A stretch of 64,000 nt of DNA from an uncultured Solirubrobacterales bacterium (GCA_963704545.1 OY969915.1:2107930-2171929); one strand, 5' to 3'. Numbered from the stretch's first letter, positions 16,982 to 26,137 are shown. The notes: generated from the letters alone by a model not told the origin. Numbers and translations are program-made.

Positions 16982-18168
16982 GCGCCGGCTCCGTAGCGGG
17001 CGAGGATGCGGCCGGCCTTGCGCGGCTGGATGTTGGCGCGGGTGACGTCGCCTTCGTAGTGCTCCAGCAGGCGCGGGTCCATCACCCGGCGCCACAACGG
17101 GGGGAACCAGGCCAACACGATCATCCCGGCGTAGCCGGTGGGAAGCTGCGGCGCCTCGTCGACGTGGCGCAGGGCCTGGTAGCGGCGGGTCGGGTTGGCG
17201 TGGTGGTCGCTGTGGCGCTGCAGGTGGTAGAGCAGGACGTTGGAGGCGACGTTGTTGCTGTTCCAGCTGTGCTCGGGGAGGCAGCGCTCGTAGCGCCCGT
17301 CCTCGCGCTTCTGGCGCCGCAGGCCGTAGTGCTCGAGGTAGTTGACGACCTCCAGCAGGATGAAGCCGAGGGCCTGGATCAGCAGGTAGGGCAGGACGAC
17401 AAGCCCGAAGGCGACTACCAGCGCACCGAAGAGGACGACCGTCATCGCCCAGGCGCCGAGGATGTCGTTGCGCAGCGTCCAGGGCGATTTGCCCATCCGG
17501 TCGAGGCGGGCGGCCTCGATTCCCCAGGCCGAGGTGATGCTGCCCTTGACGGTGCGCGGCAGGAAGGCCCAGAAGCTCTCCCCCAGCCGCGAGCTGGCGG
17601 GGTCCTCGGGGGTGGCGACGCGGACGTGATGGCCGCGGTTGTGCTCGATGAAGAAGTGGCCGTAGCCGGTCTGGGCCAGCGCCACCCGGCTCAGCCAGCG
17701 CTCCGTCCCGTCGCGCTTGTGGCCGAGCTCGTGGGCGGTGTTGATCGCGATCCCGCCGACGACGCCCATCGTCAGCGCCAGGCCGATGCTCTCCAGGGTC
17801 GAGAGATCGCCGCTGGACCAGAGCCAACAGGCGAAGACGAGCCCCGCGTACTGAACGGGGATGAAGAGATAGGTGCACCAGCGGTAGTAGCGGTCCTGCT
17901 CGAGCCACTTGAGCACGCTGTCGGGCGGGTTGGTCGCGTCCATGCCGATCACGATGTCGAGAATCGGGAAGGCGACGAAGACGAGCAGCGGCCCGAAGAA
18001 CCAGAAGAAGTCGAACCCGGTCACCTCGACGCTGGCCCAGGCGATGAAGGGCGCGAAGGGAATGACCAGCCCGAGCAGCCACGCGTAGCGCTTGCCGTCG
18101 CGCCAGGTCGCCGGGTTGAGCTCGATCGCGGGCCCATGGTCGTGATGGCTATGAGTTGCTGCCTCCAT
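16978..18168 (-). CDS. alkB: alkane 1-monooxygenase (integral-membrane di-iron hydroxylase)
   Basis: His boxes HELGHK, EHNRGHH and LQRHSDHHA are present, together with multiple TM segments. Confidence 0.9.
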   Translation of the reverse strand: MEAATHSHHDHGPAIELNPATWRDGKRYAWLLGLVIPFAPFIAWASVEVTGFDFFWFFGPLLVFVAFPILDIVIGMDATNPPDSVLKWLEQDRYYRWCTYLFIPVQYAGLVFACWLWSSGDLSTLESIGLALTMGVVGGIAINTAHELGHKRDGTERWLSRVALAQTGYGHFFIEHNRGHHVRVATPEDPASSRLGESFWAFLPRTVKGSITSAWGIEAARLDRMGKSPWTLRNDILGAWAMTVVLFGALVVAFGLVVLPYLLIQALGFILLEVVNYLEHYGLRRQKREDGRYERCLPEHSWNSNNVASNVLLYHLQRHSDHHANPTRRYQALRHVDEAPQLPTGYAGMIVLAWFPPLWRRVMDPRLLEHYEGDVTRANIQPRKAGRILARYGAGA

Positions 18169-18176
18169 CGCTCCTC

Positions 18177-18215
18177 CTTGTCAAATTCCCAGGTTGCGTC
18201 CCGTTGGTTGACAAG
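18177..18215. promoter_or_regulatory. inverted repeat in the alkB 5' leader / secG upstream region
   Basis: CTTGTCAA (18177-18184) and TTGACAAG (18208-18215) are perfect 8-bp arms 23 nt apart. The left arm abuts the alkB RBS. A TTGACA hexamer could also be a -35 element for secG. Confidence 0.3.
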
Positions 18216-18298
18216 ATAGCGATCTTTGTAAATCAGCGCAACACCCAGACGCTGATTGTCGAGGACGGCACGATCCACGTCCCGCTACCATCCCGCCC

Positions 18299-18523
18299 GT
18301 GTACACGCTGCTAAGCCTCCTCCAGGTGGTCATATCCGTGGTGCTGATCTTCTTGATCCTGCTGCACTCGGGCAAAGACACCGGCCTTTCCGGCGCCTTC
18401 GGCATCGGCGGCGGGGGCAGCTCCTTCGGCGGCGGCTCGATGGTCGAGCGCAACCTCGACCGGGCGACGATCTTCTTCGCGATCCTCTTCGTCGTCAACA
18501 CCCTGGTGCTGCTGAAAATCTAG
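18299..18523 (+). CDS. secG: preprotein translocase subunit SecG
   Basis: The 74-aa product has two TM segments and a Gly-rich loop: LLHSGKDTGLSGAFGIGGGGSSFGG. Confidence 0.85.
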   Translation: MYTLLSLLQVVISVVLIFLILLHSGKDTGLSGAFGIGGGGSSFGGGSMVERNLDRATIFFAILFVVNTLVLLKI

Positions 18524-20985
18524 ACGGGCTCGGCCGGCTGCTTCGCCGGCTCGGTCTGCTCTCCGGCGCCGTTGGCGCCGTTGCCGCGATCGAGGATCTC
18601 GACCGCCTCCCTGCGCAGCTCAGCGTCGAGCAGGGCGAAGTCCTCGTCGGAGAGCTTGCCGGCGGCGTGGTCCAGCTCGGCGTCGCGGATCTCGCGGTAC
18701 TTGGCTTCCTTCAGCGCCTCCAGCTCGGCGTCGGCGACGAGCCGCCTCCGCGGCCGGCGGGCGGGCCAGATCCCGATCAGGGCGCCCGAGAGGGCGATCA
18801 GGCCACCGATCCACATCCAGGTCACCAGCGGGTCGACGATCACCCGGAACGTCGCGACGGAGCCCTCGGAGAGGTAACTGCGGGCGATTCGCTCGGCGGT
18901 CGCCGTCTGAAGCCGCTCGATCTGGGCGAGCGCGACCGGGCGCAGCTGCGGATTGGCGGCCGCGGCCCGCATCAGCTGGGCGACGGCGCGGCACTGGGGC
19001 GGCGTGCCCGGCTCGCCGCCTACGCAGGCGCGGAAGCCCTGGTCGGCCGCCCTCACGCGGCGTTGGACCACGGCGATGTCCGGCGCCATCGACGTCCAGA
19101 AGTCGCTGCCGAGGCCGGCCTTGAGTCCGACCTCGCTGGTCGCCTCGCCCTCGAAGAAGCTGGCGATCGTGCCGCTCCGCTCGCCGGTCGGCCGGTAGTA
19201 CCGCCGGGCCGGGCGCAGGACGAAGGAGCGGTCGCCCCGCCGCACGGCGAGGACGGCGCCGAAACTGAACTTCTGCGCGTCGACCGCGACGGTCGGGCGC
19301 TCGTAGGTGACCGTGCGGCCGTCGACCTCGGCGCTCTCCCTCGGCGCCAGCCGCAGGTCGCGGTTGGTCTGGAAGCTGGAGGAGGCGGCGATCCCGATCA
19401 GCAGCACGGCGATCCCGATGTGGACGATGTAGCCGCCGTAGCGCCGGCGGTTGGTGGAAACGATGCCGACCAGGGCCGCCGGCAGCGAGCCGCCGCGCAA
19501 CGAGCGCCGCGCCGTCGCTCCGCGCCAGAACTCCTGCCCGAGGCCAACCAGGGCGAAGGTCGCGAAGACGAAGAGAGCGAGGGCCCAGGGCTCCGAGGCG
19601 GCTCCGGCGAAGGCGACGAGCCCGACCCCGGCCGCGGCGGCGAGGAGCGAGGGGACTACGAAGACCCGCTTCGCGGTCGCCCAGCTGACCCGGCGCCAGG
19701 CGAGCAACGGGCCGACCCCGGTGAAGAGGACCAGCAGGATCGCCAGCGGCGTCGTGTAGCGGTCGAACCAGGGCGCCGCCAGCGATGACTTCTCACCGGT
19801 GAAGAGCTCGGAGATCAGCGGGAAGAAGGTGCCCCAGAAGATCGTCGCGCAGAGCGCGACCAGGAGCAGGTTGTTGACGACGAAGACGGCCTCGCGCGAG
19901 GCGAGCGAGTCGATTCGCTTCGGCGAGCGCAGGTCGTCGAGGCGGGAGACGATCAGCGCCGTCGAGCCGATCAGAACCACCGCGATCAGGCCGAGGATGT
20001 AGGGGCCGACGGTGCTGTCGCCGAAGGCGTGGATCGACTGCAGCACCCCCGAGCGGACGAGGAAGGTGCCGAGCAGCGCCAGCGAGAAGGTGGCGACGAT
20101 CAGGCAGGCGTTCCAGACCTTCAGCATCCCCCGCTTCTCCTGGACCATGATCGAGTGCAGGAAGGCGGTGCCGATCAGCCACGGCATCAGCGCCGCGTTC
20201 TCGACCGGATCCCAGGCCCAGTAGCCGCCCCAGCCGAGCTCGGTGTAGGACCAGCGGGCGCCCAGCAGAAGGCCGAAGCCGAGCAGGGCCCAGGCGATCA
20301 GGGCGAAGCGGCGCGTGGCCCGGATCCAGGAGGCGTCGAGGCGGCGGGCGACGAGCGCGCCGATCGCGAATGCGAACGGAATCGTGAAGGCGACGTACCC
20401 CGAGTAGAGCATCGGCGGGTGGATCATCATGCTCGGGTGCTGGAGCAGCGGGTTGAGGCCGACGCCGTCGGCGGGCACCGGGCTGAGGCCGGCGAAGGGG
20501 TTGACTCCGCCGGCGAACAACATCAGTCCGGTGAAGAAGGTCCCCACTCCAGCCATCACCGCGGTCGCGTAGGGGACGATCTCGCGCAGCTTGCCGCGGG
20601 TCGCGTACAGGGCGAGCGAGGAGGCGATCGAGAGCACCCAGGCCCAGAGCAGCAGCGAGCCCTCCTGGCTCGACCACATGGCTGAGAGCTTGTAGAAGGC
20701 CGGGGTCTCGATCGAGGAGTGCTGCTGGACGATGCTGAGCGAGAAGTCGTCATTGGCGAAGGCGAGCTCGATCAGGAGGACGCACACCGTGAGCAGGCCG
20801 CACGCCGTGTAGACGGCCCGGCGCGAGGCCAGAACCCAGCGCTCCCGTCGACCCTCCCCTGATGTCGCACTTTCCGCCGCATAGCGGAGGGAAGTGCGAC
20901 CTCTACTGGCAAGAGCTGCGAACGCAGCGAAGACGAAGGCGAGGAAGGCAAGCGCCAGCAGGGCGCCGCCGAGGCTAGGCGTCAT
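18520..20985 (-). CDS. ccmF: cytochrome c heme lyase subunit CcmF (System I) with an extra C-terminal TM + coiled-coil extension
   Basis: It has the WWD motif WGGYWAWDPVENAALMPWL and many TM segments. The C-terminal roughly 100 aa read ...EALKEAKYREIRDAELDHAAGKLSDEDFALLDAELRREA. Confidence 0.85.
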   Translation of the reverse strand: MTPSLGGALLALAFLAFVFAAFAALASRGRTSLRYAAESATSGEGRRERWVLASRRAVYTACGLLTVCVLLIELAFANDDFSLSIVQQHSSIETPAFYKLSAMWSSQEGSLLLWAWVLSIASSLALYATRGKLREIVPYATAVMAGVGTFFTGLMLFAGGVNPFAGLSPVPADGVGLNPLLQHPSMMIHPPMLYSGYVAFTIPFAFAIGALVARRLDASWIRATRRFALIAWALLGFGLLLGARWSYTELGWGGYWAWDPVENAALMPWLIGTAFLHSIMVQEKRGMLKVWNACLIVATFSLALLGTFLVRSGVLQSIHAFGDSTVGPYILGLIAVVLIGSTALIVSRLDDLRSPKRIDSLASREAVFVVNNLLLVALCATIFWGTFFPLISELFTGEKSSLAAPWFDRYTTPLAILLVLFTGVGPLLAWRRVSWATAKRVFVVPSLLAAAAGVGLVAFAGAASEPWALALFVFATFALVGLGQEFWRGATARRSLRGGSLPAALVGIVSTNRRRYGGYIVHIGIAVLLIGIAASSSFQTNRDLRLAPRESAEVDGRTVTYERPTVAVDAQKFSFGAVLAVRRGDRSFVLRPARRYYRPTGERSGTIASFFEGEATSEVGLKAGLGSDFWTSMAPDIAVVQRRVRAADQGFRACVGGEPGTPPQCRAVAQLMRAAAANPQLRPVALAQIERLQTATAERIARSYLSEGSVATFRVIVDPLVTWMWIGGLIALSGALIGIWPARRPRRRLVADAELEALKEAKYREIRDAELDHAAGKLSDEDFALLDAELRREAVEILDRGNGANGAGEQTEPAKQPAEPV

Positions 20986-21376
20986 TCGAGGTCGTGAACT
21001 TCGACGGGCACTTGGTCACCAGCGTGTCCGGCTGGCCGACGAAGACGCCGTTTGCCACTTCGCCCGTGAGAACTATCTCGCGCCCGCCCCGGAACGGGTC
21101 GGGAACGGTGCCGCTGTAGGTGACCGGAATGCTCTCGCCCTCGCCGTCGCGGTCCGCGGCCCGGAAGCGCAGGCCGTCGTCCCCGCGCTGGACCGAGCCC
21201 TTGACGACCCTGCCGGTCATGTCATAGGTGATGCCGGGGGTAGCGCTGAGCAGCTGCGAGGGCTCCTTCGCCTCGGTCGAGGCGCTGAAGGACGTGTAGA
21301 CGAGCGCAGCCGCGAGCATGACGGCAACGCCGAGCGCAACCACGAGCCGAATCTTCCGCTTGCGCTGGGGATCCAC
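20975..21376 (-). CDS. ccmE: heme chaperone CcmE, Cys-type variant
   Basis: It has an N-terminal TM anchor and an OB-fold region (GRVVKGSV...LRFRAAD). The C-terminal motif TKCPSKF sits where canonical CcmE has KHxxxY. It overlaps the ccmF start by 11 nt. Confidence 0.75.
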   Translation of the reverse strand: MDPQRKRKIRLVVALGVAVMLAAALVYTSFSASTEAKEPSQLLSATPGITYDMTGRVVKGSVQRGDDGLRFRAADRDGEGESIPVTYSGTVPDPFRGGREIVLTGEVANGVFVGQPDTLVTKCPSKFTTSNDA

Positions 21377-21411
21377 GAGCGGCGAATTATCCCAATTGAG
21401 AGAATCGACCC

Positions 21412-22113
21412 GTGGCCGACCCAGTCCTCCTCATCACCGGAGCTTCCAGTGGCATCGGCGCGGCTACGGCTCGGGCCGCCGCGGCCAAGTACCGACTGGT
21501 GCTGGCCGCGCGGCGGCTGGAGCCGATGGAGGAGCTGGTCGGGGAGCTCGGCGGTGAGGAGCGGGCGCTGGCGGTGCGCTGCGACGTCACCGAGTGGGAC
21601 GAGGTGGAGGCGATGGTCGCGGCGGCGATCGAGCGCTTTGGGCGCATCGACGCGGTCTTCGCCAACGCCGGCTTCGGCGCCACGCGCGGCTTCCTCGAGG
21701 AGTCGGTCGAGCACTGGCGCTCGATGATCCTCACCAACGTCTACGGCGTCGCGCTGACGATCCGGGCCACCCTCCCCCACCTGCTCGAGCGCGGCGACGG
21801 CCACTTCCTCGTCACCAGCTCGGTCGCAGGCAGGCGGGCGCTGCCCGGCTCGCTTTACTCGGCGACCAAGTGGGCGGCGACCGCGATCGGCGAGGCGCTG
21901 CGGGCCGAGCTGCGCCAGATGCACGAGAACCGCGATATCCGCGTCACCCTGATCGAGCCGGGGATGACCGACACCCCCTTCTTCGACAACCGCCCCGGCG
22001 AGTGGGCTCTGCAGGACGACGACGTCGCCAAAGCGGTGATCTTCGCCCTCGAGCAGCGTCCGGGCGTCGACGTCAACGAGATCTTGATCCGGCCGACGAG
22101 TCAGCCGACCTGA
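21412..22113 (+). CDS. short-chain dehydrogenase/reductase (SDR)
   Basis: It has the TGASSGIG cofactor motif and the YSATKWA catalytic Y-x3-K. Confidence 0.85.
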   Translation: MADPVLLITGASSGIGAATARAAAAKYRLVLAARRLEPMEELVGELGGEERALAVRCDVTEWDEVEAMVAAAIERFGRIDAVFANAGFGATRGFLEESVEHWRSMILTNVYGVALTIRATLPHLLERGDGHFLVTSSVAGRRALPGSLYSATKWAATAIGEALRAELRQMHENRDIRVTLIEPGMTDTPFFDNRPGEWALQDDDVAKAVIFALEQRPGVDVNEILIRPTSQPT

Positions 22114-22123
22114 CCCGCCCCGC

Positions 22124-23118
22124 CTAGATGATTGATTCCACGCTCAGGCCGCGAACTGAGCGAAGGACCGGCTCGGCAGGCTCAGCCAGCTGTTGACCCA
22201 GACCCCTGCAGCGAGGGCCAGGAGCTTTGCGGCGCGCAGCCCAGCCAGGGTGCGTGCGCGGTGGCGCTCGAGGCCGAGGCGGTCCTTGAGCGTCCAGAAG
22301 ACCGACTCGATCCGCTGGCGGATCGTTGCGAGGTGCACGGCGCCTTGCGGCTCGTCCTTGCGATTGGGGCGGAGGATCTCGGCGGCGAAGCGAGCCTCGA
22401 CCTCGGCGGCGAACTCGCGGCCCGCATAGCCCTTGTCACAGACGATTTGCTCGCCACCGCGAAGAGCCTTGGGCAACAGGCGCAGGGCGACCTCGCGCTC
22501 GGGCTGGTCGGCCGGGGCCAAGATCGAGGCCCTGGGAGTGCCGTCGGGAGCGCAGCAGAGGTGCAGGCGCATCCCCCAGAACCAGCGTGAGTGTGAGCGG
22601 CAGTAGCCATAGCCGCAGGCGTCGGCCAGCTCCGAGCGCCGCACCGTCTGCACCGAGCGCCCGCACTCCACCGGCGTTGAGTCCAACAGCACCAGCGGGT
22701 CTCGGTGGCCTGGACTGTCGGTGGCAAAGACGCCGATCAGCCACTCGATCGTCTCGGTCAGTCGCTGGCGGCGCTTGTGGAAGCCGGGCTGGCGGGGCAG
22801 CTTTGGAAACAACCCTCCAAGTCGCCCCTCGGCGACGGCGAGGAACTCGCGATCGGAGGAGATGCCCATCACCGCCTGGGCGACGCAGAGGGTGGCGACC
22901 TCCGCGTCGGTCAGGCTTCTGCGGGCGTTCCTCTGCTTTTCGGGCAGGAGATCGTCGGCGGTGCAGAACACCGCAGTGAGCAACAGGTCGAGGTCGGCGA
23001 GCATCGTGGCCCTCCTTGGTCGATGGTGCGTTTAGGCACCGTCGACTTCGACCTGTTGCCCCATGCCTCCTCGCTCAGGTGCCCTTCCACGCCCGGGGGC
23101 GTGGAATCAACCGTCTAG
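22124..23118 (-). mobile_element. IS982-family insertion sequence (about 995 bp)
   Basis: The terminal inverted repeats are CTAGATGATTGATTCCACGC (22124-22143) and GCGTGGAATCAACCGTCTAG (23099-23118), matching at 18 of 20 positions. They enclose a single transposase ORF. Confidence 0.8.
22144..23004 (-). CDS. IS982-family DDE transposase
   Basis: MLADLDLLLTAVFCTADDLLP...TDAEVATLCVAQAVMG...LLDSTPVECG...IVCDKGYAG... matches the IS982 transposase pattern. Confidence 0.85.
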   Translation of the reverse strand: MLADLDLLLTAVFCTADDLLPEKQRNARRSLTDAEVATLCVAQAVMGISSDREFLAVAEGRLGGLFPKLPRQPGFHKRRQRLTETIEWLIGVFATDSPGHRDPLVLLDSTPVECGRSVQTVRRSELADACGYGYCRSHSRWFWGMRLHLCCAPDGTPRASILAPADQPEREVALRLLPKALRGGEQIVCDKGYAGREFAAEVEARFAAEILRPNRKDEPQGAVHLATIRQRIESVFWTLKDRLGLERHRARTLAGLRAAKLLALAAGVWVNSWLSLPSRSFAQFAA

Positions 23119-26039
23119 CGGCCTTTCCCGCCTTTCGACTTGCGCCCCTTCTTGCAGGGGGCCCGCAGCTTCGGCCGCTGGTTGGCCTTCTTGCCGTTCT
23201 GCCCCCTGAAGCGGGCGATAACCCTGAACGGCTTCTTCCCTTTGCGGCAGAGGTTGGTCGTGTTGACCAGCAGCCCGCGTTGTTTCTTGCCGCCGCGCAC
23301 GACGAGCATGAACTTCGACACCGGAACGTCTGGGACGACGTCGTAGGTGGTGCGCAGCCGGCCTTTGGCGCTGTCTATGCGACCAGCGAGCTCGATGTCG
23401 ACCTGGCCGTGCAGGGCGGCGACCATGTCAGGCAGTTCGTTGTCGGAGGAGCGCAGGTAGACCGGACCTTTCAGCGGTCCGTCGAGCAGCGGCGTCTCCG
23501 CGGTCGCATACCCGTAGATCGAGCTCTTCGGGCAATCGTGAGCGGCGAACTGCGGCCGCGTGCAGATGTTTTCGAGGCTCGACTGTTCGAGGATCAGCGC
23601 TTTCGGCAGCGTCACCGCGGCACGGCCGATATTGGCGTCTCCCTCGCGGGCGACGAGGATGGCTCGCAGCTTCGGGCTCTTGCCGCGCTGCGTGCCGCCG
23701 AACACGCGCATGAACAGTTTCGGTTTGAAGCCGAGACGGTCGCAGCCCTCGACCTGGAACGGCACCGAGACCGGAAGCGAGCTGAACGCCCCCGGGTCGA
23801 GCGGGTTCCCGCCGCCGCCGCGCAGCGTGCCCCCCACCGCCAGCGGCGAGCAGTTCGTCCCGTTCAGCGAGAACTTGGGCCGGTCGAGAGTGACGTCGAC
23901 CGAGCGGATGTCGAGCAGGGCGCCGCCGAAGACGTGCGGGATCGGATCGGAGACCGCGTGTACCTGGGCGGTCCTCGGGTCGACGAACAGCGCCACCCTC
24001 ACCACGACCGAGCCGAGATCGAACGGTCCGGCCGTGGCGGGGGTGACAACTGCCAGGGAAACGGGGGCACCGTGGTAGGGCCCGGTGAGGAAAGCCTTGC
24101 CGGTTATGTGGAACGGGTCGGGGCCGCTGCCGGCGGCCACCGAGGCGCTGCCGACGAGGCTCGACGCGGGACAGCTCGGGCTCGCGGCCTCGGCCGCCCC
24201 GCTGTTGGCTGCCGCGGCGGCGACAGTGGCCTCCGGGCAGTAGCGGACGCCGGCAAGCTTGGCAGTCAGGCCAGGTGGCAGGTCGACGTTGACCCCCTTC
24301 AGCTCCTGGTTGCCGTCAGAGCGGGCGACGTCGACCGAGAACTGCCTGTAGGCGCCGGCTTTGGGCTCCGCGGTGCGGGCGCCGAAGCTGGGCGCAAACG
24401 GGCGCTCCGCCAGCGTTTTGGCGCACGCCCCGCCCGCGGGCTGGTCAGTGAGCTCGAACTCGTCGCCGGGGGTGGCGGGCGGGTCGTCAGAGGGACCCCC
24501 TTCCTGACCGGGCGGGACGGAGCCGACCGCCGTCGTCCACGGGGTCATCTCGCTCACCGTCGCGTGGGGGCCGCAGGTGGGTGGGCTGGTCAGTGGCGCA
24601 TGCGATCCCTCATTGAAGGTGAGGCTGAACGTGTCGAACGGCACCTGCGGGTTCTCGGCGAAGGTCGTCGTCAGCTGGCCCGTCTGCGGATTCGCGCTGA
24701 CGTTGCCGATCAGGCGCGCGACGACCCCGTAGCGGTCGGACTTCGCTTCGACGAAGATCCGGTATGCGTCACCCGAAGCCGGATCGCGGCTGAGCTGCTG
24801 GCCGACGTAGACGTCCCCGGTCAACGACCCCTCGGGCAGCGGCGACGTCGCGACGGAGACCGTCCCGACCTTGGACGCGGCCGGGCAGGCGTTCGTCGGG
24901 TTTCGCGTGCCCTTGCCGAACTGCTCGTCAGTGCATGCCTGCAGGCCATTGGCAGCCGAGGGGTTGAGGCCCATTCCGGCGGGCAGCGTCACCTTCGCGG
25001 TTCGCAGGTGCGAGGTTTCCTGGTCGGTGCCCCCGCTTTCGGTCTGGTGGGGAAGGGTCACCTCGACCGTCGCCCCAGATGGCGAATCGGTCACCGCGGT
25101 GTTGGGGTCGGTCTCGATCGAGGGGACGAAGGGAACGGTGTCGCATTCTTTCGGCGAGGTCCCGGGCGGAATCTTGGACTCGAAGGGCGGGTTGGCGTCC
25201 GCGGGGAACTCGTATTCGGGATCTTCCTCTTCGGTGACCCCGCTGGCGAGCAGCCAGGTCGAGTAGACGTGCTCGAAGGGCGAGACCGCCGGCCCCAGGC
25301 AGGTGCTCGGCGTGCTGATGAAGGTGCCGTCGCCAGACCGCCCGTCGAAGACGAGCCGGTTTTTGAGCACGACGCCACCTTTGACGAGTGGCAGCGACTC
25401 GAAGGGCGTTGGGGGAACGTCGATCGTGAAACCCTCGTGGTAGTCGCCGTCCCAGGCGACGTCGGCGCGCAGGAAGATGTCGTTGCCGAGCAGGTGAAGG
25501 CCGAACCGCGCCGGTTCCCCTTCCGGTGGCACGATGTTGTAGACGGTCGGTTTTTCGGGTACCTGAATGGGGACGCCGAGGACCGATGCGGTTACGACGC
25601 TGTAGCCGACGTCCGAGCCGAGCGGGCACGTCGCCGGGTTGGCTTCAAAGGTCGCCAGCGGGCACTGCGGGGTGGCACCGGGGTTGACGCTGAGTCCGAC
25701 GGGGAGGTCGACGCGGACGGTCTTCAGTTCGTCGACCGGCGTTTCTCCTGGCGGTTCGTGCTTGACGATGAACTGCGTGAAGCCCACCGGGGGGTGCCCG
25801 GCCGCCTGTTCGAAGAACTGCGCGGGCGTGTCGACGCTGCATGTCGGCGTGTCCACCGTGCACGTCCCCGCCTGCCAGCCGCTGTCGGCCTGAGGATTGT
25901 CGGGATCGGAGGGAGCGATGATGTCATCGGTGCTGGCGAGCGCGGAAGGGGCGCTGAGCGCCAATGCCGCCCCGACAACCGCGAGAAGCCTGAGAATTCC
26001 TGCACCTGCGTCCATCCGAGTCTCCCTTCCAAAAGCCAT
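23115..26039 (-). CDS. large secreted protein of unknown function (974 aa) with internal duplication and a Lys/Arg-rich C-terminal tail
   Basis: The signal peptide is ...LLAVVGAALALSAPSALA. A motif recurs three times: VDLPVGLSVNPGATPQCP, VTLPAGMGLNPSAANGLQAC and VDLPPGLTAKLAGVRYCP. The protein ends KKGRKSKGGKGR*. The antisense 1010-aa track ORF is shadow. Confidence 0.7.
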   Translation of the reverse strand: MAFGRETRMDAGAGILRLLAVVGAALALSAPSALASTDDIIAPSDPDNPQADSGWQAGTCTVDTPTCSVDTPAQFFEQAAGHPPVGFTQFIVKHEPPGETPVDELKTVRVDLPVGLSVNPGATPQCPLATFEANPATCPLGSDVGYSVVTASVLGVPIQVPEKPTVYNIVPPEGEPARFGLHLLGNDIFLRADVAWDGDYHEGFTIDVPPTPFESLPLVKGGVVLKNRLVFDGRSGDGTFISTPSTCLGPAVSPFEHVYSTWLLASGVTEEEDPEYEFPADANPPFESKIPPGTSPKECDTVPFVPSIETDPNTAVTDSPSGATVEVTLPHQTESGGTDQETSHLRTAKVTLPAGMGLNPSAANGLQACTDEQFGKGTRNPTNACPAASKVGTVSVATSPLPEGSLTGDVYVGQQLSRDPASGDAYRIFVEAKSDRYGVVARLIGNVSANPQTGQLTTTFAENPQVPFDTFSLTFNEGSHAPLTSPPTCGPHATVSEMTPWTTAVGSVPPGQEGGPSDDPPATPGDEFELTDQPAGGACAKTLAERPFAPSFGARTAEPKAGAYRQFSVDVARSDGNQELKGVNVDLPPGLTAKLAGVRYCPEATVAAAAANSGAAEAASPSCPASSLVGSASVAAGSGPDPFHITGKAFLTGPYHGAPVSLAVVTPATAGPFDLGSVVVRVALFVDPRTAQVHAVSDPIPHVFGGALLDIRSVDVTLDRPKFSLNGTNCSPLAVGGTLRGGGGNPLDPGAFSSLPVSVPFQVEGCDRLGFKPKLFMRVFGGTQRGKSPKLRAILVAREGDANIGRAAVTLPKALILEQSSLENICTRPQFAAHDCPKSSIYGYATAETPLLDGPLKGPVYLRSSDNELPDMVAALHGQVDIELAGRIDSAKGRLRTTYDVVPDVPVSKFMLVVRGGKKQRGLLVNTTNLCRKGKKPFRVIARFRGQNGKKANQRPKLRAPCKKGRKSKGGKGR

Positions 26040-26137
26040 TTCCAGTGATCTTACCCGATTCTGTTGATGTAGATCACTATTTTTTGGTATATATACCTAG
26101 AAGTTGGTAAGATCAACCCGACCAGACGGAGGAACCC
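26040..26137. promoter_or_regulatory. AT-rich divergent promoter/operator region
   Basis: GATCTTACC (26047-26055) pairs with GGTAAGATC (26106-26114). AGTGATC (26044-26050) pairs with GATCACT (26072-26078). There is a perfect palindrome GGTATATATACC at 26086-26097. Confidence 0.45.

Noticed and set aside
23016-26048. A 1010-aa plus-strand ORF.
   Set aside because: It is antisense to the 974-aa secreted-protein gene. Its composition is Arg/Gly/Ala-rich with no recognisable motif, signal peptide or RBS. This is typical high-GC shadow.
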